A stretch of 64,000 nt of DNA, from assembly GCA_963781585.1 (NCBI GenBank), contig CAWAGQ010000007.1:160001-224000 (forward strand), written 5' to 3'. Both the position numbers and the translations under genes were made by a program. This document shows, piece after piece, positions 22,985-33,610 of this stretch. A model generated the notes under the pieces. The model was not told the origin of the DNA and did no database searches. It saw only the letters and a program-made list of their open reading frames with translations. How positions within the stretch are numbered: position 1 is the first letter of the stretch; each line of letters begins with the position of its first letter. Source of the stretch: an uncultured Gemmatimonadaceae bacterium. GTDB taxonomy: Bacteria; Gemmatimonadota; Gemmatimonadetes; Gemmatimonadales; Gemmatimonadaceae.

Positions 22985-23857
22985 ATGACACCGCTCCGCC
23001 AACGCATGATCCAGGATCTCCAGCTCCGCGGCTACTCCGATCGCACCGTCGAAGCCTACGTCCGCTCCGTCGCTCAGCTGGCCCGCTTCTATCATGCCTC
23101 ACCCGACACCCTCACGGAAGAGCAGCTCCGCGACTACCTCCTTCACCTCACCACCGTTCAGAAGGTCGCCCGGGGCACCCACACCATCGCCCTCTGCGGC
23201 CTCAAGTTCTTCTACCAGCACACGCTTGGGCGCGAGTGGATGGTCCTCAAGGTGGCCCGGCCCAAGGGGGAGAAGAAGCTCCCGGTCGTCCTGAGCCGCG
23301 GCGAGGTCTGGCAAATCCTGGATCATCTTCGACTTCCCGTCTACCGCGTCTGCCTGACGACCATCTACGCCTGCGGCCTCCGCCTCTTGGAGGGCGCCCG
23401 CCTCCAGGTCCCCGATGTCGATGGTGCCCGGAAGCTGCTCCACATTCACGGCAAGCGCCGCAAGGATCGCTACGTCCCGCTCCCGGACGCCACCCTCGCG
23501 CTGTTGCGAGAGCACTGGCGGACGCACCGTAATCCCCTCTGGCTCTTCCCCACGATCACCCGATCCCATGCCGGCGTCCTGAGCGACCCGGCCGTGGGCC
23601 CCATCTCCCGCGCCAGCCTTCAGAGCGCCTTCGTCCGTGCTGTCAGGGCCAGCGGTATCCACAAGCGCGCGCACGTCCACACGCTCCGGCACAGCTACGC
23701 CACGCACCTGCTGGAGGCCGGTGTCAATCTGCGATTGATCCAGGAGTATCTGGGCCACACCAGTCCCAGAACAACCGCCATCTACACCCACCTCACCCGG
23801 GAGCTCCACGACGCCGCGCTGAGTCCGATCAACGATCTCATGGCGCGTCGCTCTTGA
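22985..23857 (+). CDS. Tyrosine recombinase (copy 2)
   Basis: Identical translation to 12386-13258. Confidence 0.95.
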   Translation: MTPLRQRMIQDLQLRGYSDRTVEAYVRSVAQLARFYHASPDTLTEEQLRDYLLHLTTVQKVARGTHTIALCGLKFFYQHTLGREWMVLKVARPKGEKKLPVVLSRGEVWQILDHLRLPVYRVCLTTIYACGLRLLEGARLQVPDVDGARKLLHIHGKRRKDRYVPLPDATLALLREHWRTHRNPLWLFPTITRSHAGVLSDPAVGPISRASLQSAFVRAVRASGIHKRAHVHTLRHSYATHLLEAGVNLRLIQEYLGHTSPRTTAIYTHLTRELHDAALSPINDLMARRS

Positions 23858-23904
23858 GTCGTTAGGCCCGTCGGTTCAGACAGCCACTGCCCCCGAGACG
23901 GGCC

Positions 23905-25074
23905 GTGGTGGAGCTCGCGGACATCCTCCGCAGGGCGGGGCCCGAGTATCTGCGGACCCACGCCGGACCGCTCCTGCCCTCCCACCGGAGGGCCATGAAC
24001 GACATCGTCCAGTGTCGCACACCGGCCCTCGGTGGCTCGCTCTACCGCTGCGACGAGTGCGCTGCCCTCGCGTACCGCTACCACTCCTGCCGCAACCGCC
24101 ACTGTCCCACGTGCCAGGACGATCGGGCCCAGAGATGGTTGGAGCGAGTCCGGCAGCGGCTTCTCCACACCGGCCACTACCTCCTCACGTTCACCCTCCC
24201 ACAGGGGCTGCGGTCCGTCGCCCGATCGCACCAGCGCCTGGTATACGCCGCCCTTCTACGCGAAGCAGCTGCCACTGTCCTCACGCTCTGTAAGGACCCG
24301 AACTGGGTGGGCGGCACTCCCGCCATCCTCGCCGTACTCCACACCTGGTCGCGCACCCTGGAGCACCATCCCCACGTCCACCTCCTCGTCAGCGCCGGCG
24401 GCCTCGGCGCGGACGGCACGGCCTGGATCAAGCCCGCTCATTCTCGTTTCCTCGTCCCGGGCTACATGCTCTCCCCGATCTTCCGGGCGAAGATGCGCGA
24501 CGCGTTCGCACGAGCCGGCCTCGCCGGCGAGGTCGATCCCGGCGTGTGGACCCACCGCTGGACGGTCCACGTCAAGGCCATCGGCACCGGGCAGCACGCC
24601 GCACTCTATCTCTCCCGCTACATCTACCGCGTCGCCCTCACCAACCACCGCATCGAACGCTTCAGCAATGATCGCGTCACCTTCCGCTATACCCACGCAC
24701 GCACCGGGGAGACCCGGCGCCTGACGCTGCCGGTGAACACCTTCATCGGCCGTTTCCTCCAGCACGTCCTCCCCCGAGGCTTCACCAAGGTCCGCTCCTA
24801 TGGTCTCCTGAGCCCCGGCCGCCGCACGCAGCTGGAACGGGCCCGCGATCTCCTCGAGCTTCACGCTCGCGACGGCGTCCCGAAGTCCGCGAGCAACATC
24901 CCGGCGCAGACTCCGGTCGCGCACGACCAGCCACCAACCGCGCCGGACCCCTGCTGCCCGGTCTGTCGGCGCGGTCGCCTCGTGGTCATCGACCACTTCA
25001 CCCGATCGCGCGCGCCGCCGGACTCGTGGTCCTCGCCGTGCTCCACCCCACCGACTGCCACAGTCGCCGCATGA
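23905..25074 (+). CDS. IS91-family HUH transposase (copy 2)
   Basis: Identical translation to 13306-14475. Confidence 0.93.
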   Translation: MVELADILRRAGPEYLRTHAGPLLPSHRRAMNDIVQCRTPALGGSLYRCDECAALAYRYHSCRNRHCPTCQDDRAQRWLERVRQRLLHTGHYLLTFTLPQGLRSVARSHQRLVYAALLREAAATVLTLCKDPNWVGGTPAILAVLHTWSRTLEHHPHVHLLVSAGGLGADGTAWIKPAHSRFLVPGYMLSPIFRAKMRDAFARAGLAGEVDPGVWTHRWTVHVKAIGTGQHAALYLSRYIYRVALTNHRIERFSNDRVTFRYTHARTGETRRLTLPVNTFIGRFLQHVLPRGFTKVRSYGLLSPGRRTQLERARDLLELHARDGVPKSASNIPAQTPVAHDQPPTAPDPCCPVCRRGRLVVIDHFTRSRAPPDSWSSPCSTPPTATVAA

Positions 25075-25339
25075 TCCGCGCGCGTGGTCCGGCGAAGCCG
25101 CGCCCCATGATCGCCGGAGCGCACGGCCAACGCTGCGCCGGCCTCAATCGCGCGCGGCTGGTCCGGTGCGCGGCCCCCGGTCTGGGCTCGGCAGGCCGCC
25201 TGACGCTCGCTTCGCTGGGCGTCCTGGACGTCGCCTCGGGTCACGCACCCGCCTGAAACTCCAAGGCCCTGCCGCGGGGCGGACTGAGTTCAACCCCAGA
25301 TTGTGCCGCGGCTATCGCGCGGCACGAATCTTTACTTCG

Positions 25340-25753
25340 TTAGACACCGTGCGCCGCGCGTCCGCGCATGCGCCACGCCGTCGCGGCCAGCCGTCGAATG
25401 AGATCCACTGCAATCCCGAACGCCACGAGCGCGGCTACCATGAGTGGCCAGCCGCTCACCTGCCGGGTGCCAAGGAGCAGCGCAGTGACGCCCAGCCAGA
25501 GCAGCGCGGCTCGCCAGAGTGCGCGCCGATCGCGTGGAAGCGCCAGCCAGGTCGCACCCAGCAGCAGCACGGCGGTGCCGACGCTGTAGCCGGCAGTGAC
25601 GGCGGCGGCGTGAGGGTCGGCGATCGGTGCCACTGGACCCGGTGCGCGCGCGACGCTCACCCCGACGATCGCCACGAACGCAGCGGTAACGAGCCACACC
25701 GCGGTGAGGACGCTGAGCGTCACGATGCGAAGCCATGGAGGAACCACACTCAT
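25340..25753 (-). CDS. First cassette gene, small membrane protein
   Basis: About four hydrophobic segments. Stop TAA lies within R'' (GTCTAAC). Confidence 0.75.
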   Translation of the reverse strand: MSVVPPWLRIVTLSVLTAVWLVTAAFVAIVGVSVARAPGPVAPIADPHAAAVTAGYSVGTAVLLLGATWLALPRDRRALWRAALLWLGVTALLLGTRQVSGWPLMVAALVAFGIAVDLIRRLAATAWRMRGRAAHGV

Positions 25754-25782
25754 CGCGCAATGCGTTTCGGTGTTCCGCGTGT

Positions 25783-25802
25783 GTCTAACAAATATTGGAC
25801 CC
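25783..25802 (-). other. Putative attI core
   Basis: Minus strand GGGTCCAATATTT-GTTAGAC with no attC stem upstream. GTTAGACAC matches the R'' of the first cassette. Confidence 0.7.
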
Positions 25803-25857
25803 TCATCCCCATCCCCGTCACCCGTTCCCATACGACCCATACGTTACCCCAAGCCGC

Positions 25858-26859
25858 CTAATCCGACAATCCTGGTCCACTCAGTAACCGATCCACCGGG
25901 CTCTGAACGCCAAGCCTGCCGCGATTCAGAACGTGCGTGTAGATCATCGTCGTCGACACATCACGATGTCCCAGCAATTCCTGCACAGTGCGAATGTCGT
26001 AACCGGCTTCGAGCAGGTGCGTCGCAAATGAGTGCCGCAAGGTGTGACAGCTCGCCCGTTTCCCGATCCCACTGGCGCGCACTGCCCTCGCCATTGCACG
26101 CTGAATTGCGGTCTCATGATAATGATGCCGGCGGGTCGTGCCGGTCTCGCGCTGCTGATAGCGGCGCCGCGCGGGAAAGACCCATTGCCACGCCCATTCC
26201 GTCGCGGCGTTCGGGTACTTCCGGACCAAGGCGTCCGGAAGGTCCACCGCACCGCCGCCCACTGCCAGATCGCTGGCGTGCAGTGCCCGCACGCGCTCAA
26301 GGTGCTCGCGCAATAATGGTACCGCGTGAGTGGGCAGCATCGTGACGCGGTCACGCGCCCCCTTTCCGCGACGCACCCGGATTTCTCCGCGGTCGAGGTC
26401 CAGGTCTTTCACCCGCAGCGTCAGGCACTCCATCAGCCGCAGCCCGCTTCCATAGAGAAGCATTCCTACCAGGCGCGGCACGCCATCGAGCATGCGCAGC
26501 ACGCATCGTACCTCTCTTTCGCTGAGAACCACGGGTAACCGGTGCGGGGCCCGAGCCTTCGGCACATCGCCGAGGCCGTCGAGTGGCCGATCGAGCACGT
26601 GCTTGTAGAGGAACTGCAACGCGGCGAGTGCCTGTGCCTGCGTGGCCGCGGACAGCTTGCGCTCGACCGCCAGCGCGGTGAGGAACTGCACGACCTCACG
26701 TTCGCCCAAATCCTTCGGATGACGGAGGCCGTGGAACTTGACGAAGCGCCGCGCCCAACCGACATACGCCTGTTCCGTTCGCGGGCTGAAATGGCCGAGC
26801 CGCAGATTCGCGCGCAAGGAATGCAGTAGTTTCGATTTGGGCTGCACGAGGTCCCCCAC
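25858..26859 (-). CDS. intI: Integron integrase
   Basis: Tyrosine-recombinase motifs plus the integron-specific insertion ([33 protein letters not shown]). Confidence 0.97.
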   Translation of the reverse strand: MGDLVQPKSKLLHSLRANLRLGHFSPRTEQAYVGWARRFVKFHGLRHPKDLGEREVVQFLTALAVERKLSAATQAQALAALQFLYKHVLDRPLDGLGDVPKARAPHRLPVVLSEREVRCVLRMLDGVPRLVGMLLYGSGLRLMECLTLRVKDLDLDRGEIRVRRGKGARDRVTMLPTHAVPLLREHLERVRALHASDLAVGGGAVDLPDALVRKYPNAATEWAWQWVFPARRRYQQRETGTTRRHHYHETAIQRAMARAVRASGIGKRASCHTLRHSFATHLLEAGYDIRTVQELLGHRDVSTTMIYTHVLNRGRLGVQSPVDRLLSGPGLSD

Positions 26860-27022
26860 GGCAATTCGGTGCGCCGAAATGCATACCGTCGGGAACCTCC
26901 TGAGCCATCACCATTCAATTGCACACCGAAGCGTTATTGCCCGGCACACTCCTCGCCATGGAGGCGGCGTCCCGCTCCTCCGGCAACAGCCACGGCCTAC
27001 TCCAGCCGGATTCCGCGACCGA

Positions 27023-30000
27023 TCACTCCGGCGGCGCCACCGCCGGTTGCCCCGCCGCACGCCGCTTCGCATTCAACGCCGCGAGTCCCGTCGTACTCAG
27101 CGCCGTCCACTCGCGCATCACGCTCGCCGCCTCGGCCTGCGCGGAGCTGGCCGCAGAGAGACGCGTGGCGGTCGGCGCGACATCCGCGGTCGACAGCGCG
27201 GCGGCCGCTGATACGAGCGCATTGCTCGCGCCATTCAGCGTCGGCGGCGCGTTACCACCACCTCCACGCCCCCGCCCACCACCGAATCCGCCGCGCCCCC
27301 CACGACCTCCGCGGCCACCGCCCGCCGCTTCGGCCGGCGCCAGGGAATCCACTCGCACCTTGAATGCCTGGACGTCCGCACCGGACATCGCACCGAGCTT
27401 CTCCGACCACGCGCGCGCCTTCTCGTACGCGTTATGCGCCGCCACGGCGCTCGTGTACATCGACCGCGTCATCGTCGCCACCTGCGCCGCGGTCACCGTC
27501 GACATCTTCACACGCGGATCGAGTCTGAGCAGCAGCGGCTGGGTGTACGCCGTGCCGTCGACAATCAGTCGCACGGTGTAGCGCCCGGGCGGCGCCCACG
27601 GTGTGTTGATGTTGGGATACGTGGCGTGCGGCACGGCCCCGCCCCCGATGCTGAACGGCGCGTCCTCGCCGATCACGTCGTACCGCAGATCCCAGCTGAA
27701 GCGGTGCGCGCCGGCCTTCGCCGACAACGTCAGCGGCGGCGCCGGCCAGTAGAGCGGCAGGTTGCAGTCCTGCGCCCCGGGGTCCTTCTTGCAGATCTCG
27801 TTGTACGCCGCCGGATCGGTAGCCGGATGGGGATCGCGCGCGGTGTCGGCGCTCGAGTAGTGCCTGACGAGATTGCCCGCCGCATCCACGATCTCCAGCC
27901 GCACGGCCGACGTCGCGTCCGCGCCCAGGTAGTAATCGAGCAGCGCGCCCGGCATCGGATTCTGGCCGGCGGCCACCTCGGGCGGCCACGGCGTGGGATC
28001 GTTCGTGCTGTGCCGCACCCGCACCGCCGTCACGGGCCGCACGAGATACGCCTTCTTCGCCGCGGCCGCCGAGCGGATCGCCGCCGCCTGACGAAGGGGC
28101 GTCAGGTCGTCGAGAATCCAGAACCCGCGGCCATGCGTGCCGGCAACCAGATCGGCGCACAGGCACGTGCTGTCGTCCTTGACCGCGATGTCGCGCACCG
28201 ACACCGCGGGCATGTTGAACCGGATCGACTCCCAGTGACCGCCGTCATCGAACGACACCCACACCTGCGTCTCCGTCGCCGCGTACAGGAGCCCGCGCAC
28301 CCGCGGGTCCTCGCGAATGGAATTCGACACCGCCCCCGCCGCGATGCCCGTGTTGATCTCGGTCCACGTCTTGCCACCGTCGTGGGTCCGGAAGAAGTGC
28401 GGATTCATGTCGTCGACACGCATCGTATTCACGGCGGCGTAGGCCGTCTGCGTGTCGAAGTGTCCCGCGTCCATGTTGAACACGCGCGCCCACGGCTTCA
28501 CCGACGGCGGCGTCACGTTCCGCCACGTCGTGCCGCCGTTCGTCGTCACCTGGATGACCCCGTCGTCCGTTCCCGCCCACAGCACCATCAGACTTCGCGG
28601 CGACGGGGCCAGCGCGGTGATGCTCCCCGCCGGGCCCGGCGTCACGTCGCTCGCGTACTTGCCCACACTCGGCGGCACCGCCCACGTCTGGCGCGTGAGG
28701 TCGCCGCTGATGCGCGTCCAGCTGCTCCCATGATTGATGGTCTTGTAGACCGCGTTCTGCGCATAGAACAATGTGGTGTTGTCCACCGGCGAGAAGACCA
28801 GCGGCATCGTGCGCACGTTGCGGCTGAATCCGGTCGTCACCGGCCCCACGCTCGTCGACTGCCGCAGGCTGCGATCGTACATCGACACTGTGTTGCGCGA
28901 GGCGCCGTAGACGACATCGGGATTCTTCGGATCGGGCGCGGCCATCCCGTACTCCTGGATGTTCACGGGATGCCAATCGTGAAACGTGATCTCGCCGTCC
29001 GACCCTCGGCTCTCCACGCACGCGGAGCCCGAGTCCTGCTGTCCGCCGCACAGCTGGTAGGGGAACGCGTTGTCGGCGGTGACGTGATACATCGCCGCGG
29101 TGGGCTGGGTGTACCACGTGCTCCAGCTCGCGCCGCGATTGGCCGAGACCACCGCACCCTGGTCGGCGACGGCGAGAATGATGTCGGGATCGTCAGGGTT
29201 GATCCAGACCTTCTGATAGTCGTCGCCCCCGGGCGCGCCCCGCACGGCGGACCACGTCACGCCGCCGTCCTCGGTGCGCCACATCACCGTCGATGCGCTG
29301 TACACCACGTTCTCGTTCTTCGGATCGACGGCCAGGGTGGGGAGATCGCCGCCGCCGATGCGGCCCAGTGGTCGCGTGTCCTGCCCGGTCGCGGCGCCGC
29401 GGCCGCCACCCGTGAAAAACGGGTTGCCGGTCGGCGCACCACGACCGCCGCCGCTCGCAATCGCCGGATTGCGGACGAGGGTCCAGTGTTCCCCCGCGTC
29501 CGACGACTTGTAGAAGCCGACCTGGCCTGTGGTCTGATTGTTCGCGGTGGCGCCTGCAACCGTCGCGTAGAGGACCCGCGGATTGCTCTGCGAGAGAGCC
29601 AGATTCGCCTGGATGACCGGCGGGAGGCCCTCGGTGAGCGGCTTCCACGTGGTACCGCCGTCGGTGGACTTGAAGATCCCATTGCCGGCGCCGCCGAAGC
29701 CGCCGCCTTCCACATAGGATTGCTGCTGCTGCCAGAGGGTGGCGTAGACGGTGTTCGGGTTGGACGGGTCGATGCGGACGTCGTTGCCGCTGGTGTACTC
29801 GTCGCGGTACAACACCTTCTCGAACGTCCGGCCGCCGTCTGTGGATCGGAAGATTCCCCGTTCCTCGTTCGGCCCGTACGGGTGGCCGAGCGCGGCCACG
29901 AAAAGCCGGTTGGGATTGCGCGGGTCGACGTCGATCATTGCGATCATCTGCGAGTCGCGGAGCCCCAGGTGGGTCCAGGTGGCCCCGCCGTCGGTGGACT

Positions 30001-30367
30001 TGTAGACGCCGTCGCCGGTGGAGAGGTCGGGCCGGATGATGCCGGCGCCGCTCCCGACATAGATGATGTTGGGATCGGATGGCGCCACAGCAATCGCCCC
30101 GATCGAACCGATCGGCTGGCTGTCGAACAGCGGCACCCAGTTCGCGCCGTAGTCGGTGGAGCGCCACACGCCGCCATTGTCGTAGCCGACATAGAAGACG
30201 TTAGGCTGGCTCGGGACCCCCGACAACGCGCGGGCGCGGCCGGCCCGCGGGGGGCCGATCGACCGCCAGTGCAGGTCGGCGACGTCGGTGGACTGGGCGC
30301 CCGCCGTCAGGGTGACGGCGGCGGCGAGGGCGGTGGCGAGAAGCACACGGCGCGGCGAAAGACGCAC
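27023..30367 (-). CDS. Secreted BNR/Asp-box repeat (VPS10/sialidase-like) protein
   Basis: Signal peptide, WRSIGP, many STDGGxTW repeats. Confidence 0.9.
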   Translation of the reverse strand: MRLSPRRVLLATALAAAVTLTAGAQSTDVADLHWRSIGPPRAGRARALSGVPSQPNVFYVGYDNGGVWRSTDYGANWVPLFDSQPIGSIGAIAVAPSDPNIIYVGSGAGIIRPDLSTGDGVYKSTDGGATWTHLGLRDSQMIAMIDVDPRNPNRLFVAALGHPYGPNEERGIFRSTDGGRTFEKVLYRDEYTSGNDVRIDPSNPNTVYATLWQQQQSYVEGGGFGGAGNGIFKSTDGGTTWKPLTEGLPPVIQANLALSQSNPRVLYATVAGATANNQTTGQVGFYKSSDAGEHWTLVRNPAIASGGGRGAPTGNPFFTGGGRGAATGQDTRPLGRIGGGDLPTLAVDPKNENVVYSASTVMWRTEDGGVTWSAVRGAPGGDDYQKVWINPDDPDIILAVADQGAVVSANRGASWSTWYTQPTAAMYHVTADNAFPYQLCGGQQDSGSACVESRGSDGEITFHDWHPVNIQEYGMAAPDPKNPDVVYGASRNTVSMYDRSLRQSTSVGPVTTGFSRNVRTMPLVFSPVDNTTLFYAQNAVYKTINHGSSWTRISGDLTRQTWAVPPSVGKYASDVTPGPAGSITALAPSPRSLMVLWAGTDDGVIQVTTNGGTTWRNVTPPSVKPWARVFNMDAGHFDTQTAYAAVNTMRVDDMNPHFFRTHDGGKTWTEINTGIAAGAVSNSIREDPRVRGLLYAATETQVWVSFDDGGHWESIRFNMPAVSVRDIAVKDDSTCLCADLVAGTHGRGFWILDDLTPLRQAAAIRSAAAAKKAYLVRPVTAVRVRHSTNDPTPWPPEVAAGQNPMPGALLDYYLGADATSAVRLEIVDAAGNLVRHYSSADTARDPHPATDPAAYNEICKKDPGAQDCNLPLYWPAPPLTLSAKAGAHRFSWDLRYDVIGEDAPFSIGGGAVPHATYPNINTPWAPPGRYTVRLIVDGTAYTQPLLLRLDPRVKMSTVTAAQVATMTRSMYTSAVAAHNAYEKARAWSEKLGAMSGADVQAFKVRVDSLAPAEAAGGGRGGRGGRGGFGGGRGRGGGGNAPPTLNGASNALVSAAAALSTADVAPTATRLSAASSAQAEAASVMREWTALSTTGLAALNAKRRAAGQPAVAPPE

Positions 30368-30581
30368 GGATCGGCTCGTGATGAGGTGGGAAAAGTGACG
30401 TTATGGGCCGCCCCGGGAGGCGTCAAGGAAAGGGGCCGCCGGCAGGACGGTCCTCGTTCCGAGGAACGCCGTTCTCTTCCTCGGTCGGCCTCGGCCGGGG
30501 GAGAATGCTGTTGCTTTCCGTCCGGCGATTACGCGCCCTGCCTGACGAGCGGTTGCTTCTTCGCTGAACGGACGGGGCGGA

Positions 30582-30827
30582 CTATGCTCCGTCGAGCCGC
30601 GCCCGAACCGCGTCGAGGATCCGCTGTGCCGAGGGAAGCACTCCCAGGGCAGCCAGGGCGCCGCCCTCGAGTACCGTGGCGCCGTCCACCTCCACCTGGA
30701 AGTGCCCGTAGGGGCCGCCGACCAGATCGACGTCCGCCTGCAGTTCGCGCCGCAGCCGCGCCGCCACCCGGACGGCGTGAAGTCGCGTCACTCAGTATGC
30801 GCAGGAGCGAATCAGTATGCGAGCCAT
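30582..30827 (-). CDS. Rdx (SelW/SelT-like) selenoprotein with CxxU motif
   Basis: AGAGGA RBS. MARILIRSCAY-UGA-VTRLHAVRVAARL...GHFQVEVDG reads in one frame. Hairpin follows the UGA. Confidence 0.75.
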
Positions 30828-30999
30828 GAATCCTCTTCGGGAAGGACACAACTCCGTGCGGGAAAACATAACGCCAGCCGCAAGCGGTCGCTGGCGCAGA
30901 TTCTCCTGGACCTCGAGATCGCGGTCTTCGGCGCCCGTGGACGTCTCGATGAAGTTCGGTGCGGCTCGCCCGGGCACTGCGAGCGCAGCGGTCGTCGCC

Positions 31000-33444
31000 C
31001 TATTGGGACCTGAGCGCTTCCGACGGCGCAATCCGCGCCGCTCGAGCCGCCGGAATCCAGCAGGCCGCCACGCCGATCGCCGCCATCACCAGGGTCACCC
31101 CGCCTAACGTCGTTGGATCGTACGGCCCCACCTCGAACAGCAACGCCCGGATGTAGCGGGCCAGCGCCAGCGATCCGATGACGCCGATCGCGAGCCCGAA
31201 CACCACCAGCACGCCGCCCTCGCGCAGAACCATCGCCAGCACCTGGCCCGGCCGCGCACCCAGGCTCATGCGCACGCCGATCTCGCTGGTGCGCGCGCTC
31301 ACGGAGAAGGCCAGCACCGCCGCGATGCCGATGGCGGCGATCACCAGCGCCAGCAGGCCGAACGAACCCACCAGCAGCGCGTTCACCCGGCGCGGCCCCA
31401 CACTCTCGTCCCGGATGGCGTCGAGCGGCAGCACGTTCTTCACCGGCTGCTCGGGGGCGATGGAGTGCACCACTTCGCGCGCGGCGACCGCGAGTCCCAT
31501 CGGATTCACCTCGGTGCGGATCACGAGGCCGCCGGTCGGGAACTCCCCCTGGGCGAACGGCATGAACACCGCGCGCACCGGCTTGGCATCGAGTCCGCCG
31601 TCCTTCGTGTCGCGCGACACGCCGACGATGGTCCGCCACTCCTCCTTCATCCCGATGAATTTCAGCACATCGCCGGTCCAGGTGATGCGCCGCCCGATCG
31701 GATCCTCGCCCGGATACAGCAGTCTGGCCAATGTCTGATTGATGATCACCACCCTGGGCGCCCTGGCATCGTCGATGACGCCGAACTCCCGGCCGGCCAC
31801 GAGCGGTATCCCGGACGCCTTGAAGTAGCCGGGATCGGCGGTGCGATACTCGGCCTGCGGCACGGGCTCACCCACCGCCAGCGTGCGGCCCTCGGCCTTC
31901 ACGTCGAGGTTGAAGGCCGTCGTGCGCAGCGGGACATTCGACCCCAATCCGACCACGTCGACACCCGGAATGGTCTTGAGCTCCGAAGCCATGCGCTGGT
32001 ACTGCGACACGGCCAGGTCGCGATTCTTGATAGCGGCAAAATCGGCCGGCACTTCCATGGTGAGCACGTTCTTCGTGTCCAGGCCGGGGTCGACCGCGGC
32101 CAGGCGCTTCATCGAGCGCACCAGAAGGCCCGCGCCCGTCAGCAACATCACGGACACGGCCACCTGGGTGACGACCAGCCCCTGCTGCAATCCGCGGCGG
32201 CGCCGGGTGCCGGTAGACCGCGCCCCCGCCGAGCTCAGGCCCGCGCCGAGCTGATGATCGCGGCCGATGCGGGGCGCGAACGAGAGCAGCACGGCCACCA
32301 GCAGCGCCACCAGCATGGTAAACGCGAGCACCACCAGGTCCAGGCGAATTTCACCGGCGCGGTTGCTCAGGCGGGCGGTGAACGCGGCGAGCATCCCGAC
32401 GCCGCTGAACGCGATCACGAGTCCGAGCACCGCGCCCGCCAGGGCCAGCGTGAGGTGTTCGGCCAGGAGCAGGCGCCGCAGGCGCGCGGTCCCGGCGCCT
32501 AACGCGGCGCGCACCAGCATCTCGTGCTCGCGGCGCACGCCGCGCATGAGGGTGAGGTTGGCCACGTTCGCGCAGGCGATCACGAGCACGAACGCCGCCA
32601 CGCCCATGAGCAGCCAGAGGGTGAGCCTGGCATCCTTGCCGAGGATTTCCTTGAACGGCGTGAGCGTCACCGCGTAGCCCGAGCCGGCGTCGTAGACATC
32701 GGGATACTGGGCGTGGACGCGCGCAGTGATCGCGGCGACATCGGCGCGCGCCTGTTGCACCGTCACGCCCGGCGCCAGCCGCGCGATCATTTCCGTCATG
32801 CGGTGGGTGCGGCCCTGGATCATCAGCGCGCTCACGTGGTGCTCGCTGATGGCCATGTTCATGATGGCGTCGACCTTCTGCGGAAAGAATGGCGCCGGCT
32901 GGAGCACGCCCACCACCGTGGCGTTCTTGCCGCCAACCCGAAGGCTGCGGCCCACGACGGAGGAGTCGCCGCCGAAATGACTCTCCCAGTAGTCGTGCGC
33001 CAGCATCATGACCGGCGCCGCGCCCGCTCCGTCGTCGTTCGCGCTGAAGCCGTGTCCGATGACCGGGCCCAGTCCCATCACGTTGAAGTAGTTGGCGGTC
33101 ACGAGGCCGACGCTGACCTGCGATGCGCCCTGATCCTCCACCAGGTTCAGCGTGAACGGCGAGTACTCGGCGATGTCGGCGAGGGTGCGGGACTGCTGGC
33201 GGAAGTCGTTGATCTCGGGGACCGAGAACGCGATGTTGTCGCTGCCTTTGGCCAGCGCCGAATGGCGGAGGTACATGAGCCGGTCGCCGTCGCGATGGGG
33301 CAGGGGCCGCAGAAGCGCGCCCCGGACCGCGCTGAAGATCGCGGTATTCGCGCCGATGCCGAGGCCCAGGGTGAGGACCACGGCGATGGTGAAGCCGGGG
33401 GACCGGAGGAGGCTGCGGAAGGCGTAGCGGAAGTCAAGCGGCAT
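31000..33444 (-). CDS. ABC transporter permease (duplicated MacB/FtsX type)
   Basis: DFRYAFRSLLRSPGF...LGIGANTAIFS, IACANVANL, EIGVRMSLGA. Confidence 0.93.
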   Translation of the reverse strand: MPLDFRYAFRSLLRSPGFTIAVVLTLGLGIGANTAIFSAVRGALLRPLPHRDGDRLMYLRHSALAKGSDNIAFSVPEINDFRQQSRTLADIAEYSPFTLNLVEDQGASQVSVGLVTANYFNVMGLGPVIGHGFSANDDGAGAAPVMMLAHDYWESHFGGDSSVVGRSLRVGGKNATVVGVLQPAPFFPQKVDAIMNMAISEHHVSALMIQGRTHRMTEMIARLAPGVTVQQARADVAAITARVHAQYPDVYDAGSGYAVTLTPFKEILGKDARLTLWLLMGVAAFVLVIACANVANLTLMRGVRREHEMLVRAALGAGTARLRRLLLAEHLTLALAGAVLGLVIAFSGVGMLAAFTARLSNRAGEIRLDLVVLAFTMLVALLVAVLLSFAPRIGRDHQLGAGLSSAGARSTGTRRRRGLQQGLVVTQVAVSVMLLTGAGLLVRSMKRLAAVDPGLDTKNVLTMEVPADFAAIKNRDLAVSQYQRMASELKTIPGVDVVGLGSNVPLRTTAFNLDVKAEGRTLAVGEPVPQAEYRTADPGYFKASGIPLVAGREFGVIDDARAPRVVIINQTLARLLYPGEDPIGRRITWTGDVLKFIGMKEEWRTIVGVSRDTKDGGLDAKPVRAVFMPFAQGEFPTGGLVIRTEVNPMGLAVAAREVVHSIAPEQPVKNVLPLDAIRDESVGPRRVNALLVGSFGLLALVIAAIGIAAVLAFSVSARTSEIGVRMSLGARPGQVLAMVLREGGVLVVFGLAIGVIGSLALARYIRALLFEVGPYDPTTLGGVTLVMAAIGVAACWIPAARAARIAPSEALRSQ

Positions 33445-33610
33445 GGGAGCGGGTGGTGGAAGGCTTCATTCTAACCATTCGGGGTGGGTTGGCCACTCCC
33501 TCGAGCAGGCTGTTCCCCGGATGCGCGCGAACCGCCTCGAGCGCTTTCTGCGCGGGCGGCAGCACCTCAGCGCCCGTAGCGCCAGCGCCAGTTTCGCAGC
33601 CCGGCCCCAT

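Larger units (their letters stand above)
22860..25339 (+). mobile_element. Tyrosine recombinase plus IS91-like transposase element, copy 2
   Basis: Same proteins and same length as copy 1 (offset 10599). GTT at both junctions. Confidence 0.93.

Noticed and set aside
26860..27022. attI or LexA box upstream of intI
   Set aside because: No GTTRRRY followed by a cassette and no proteobacterial CTGT-N8-ACAG box was seen. A lineage-specific box cannot be excluded.
27255..27330. RGG-rich tract as an RNA-binding module
   Set aside because: It is a low-complexity Gly/Arg linker in a secreted protein with no other support.
27434..30829. 1131-aa plus-strand ORF
   Set aside because: Antisense shadow of the BNR-repeat gene. 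It is Arg/His-rich with no motifs, which is typical of high-GC DNA.
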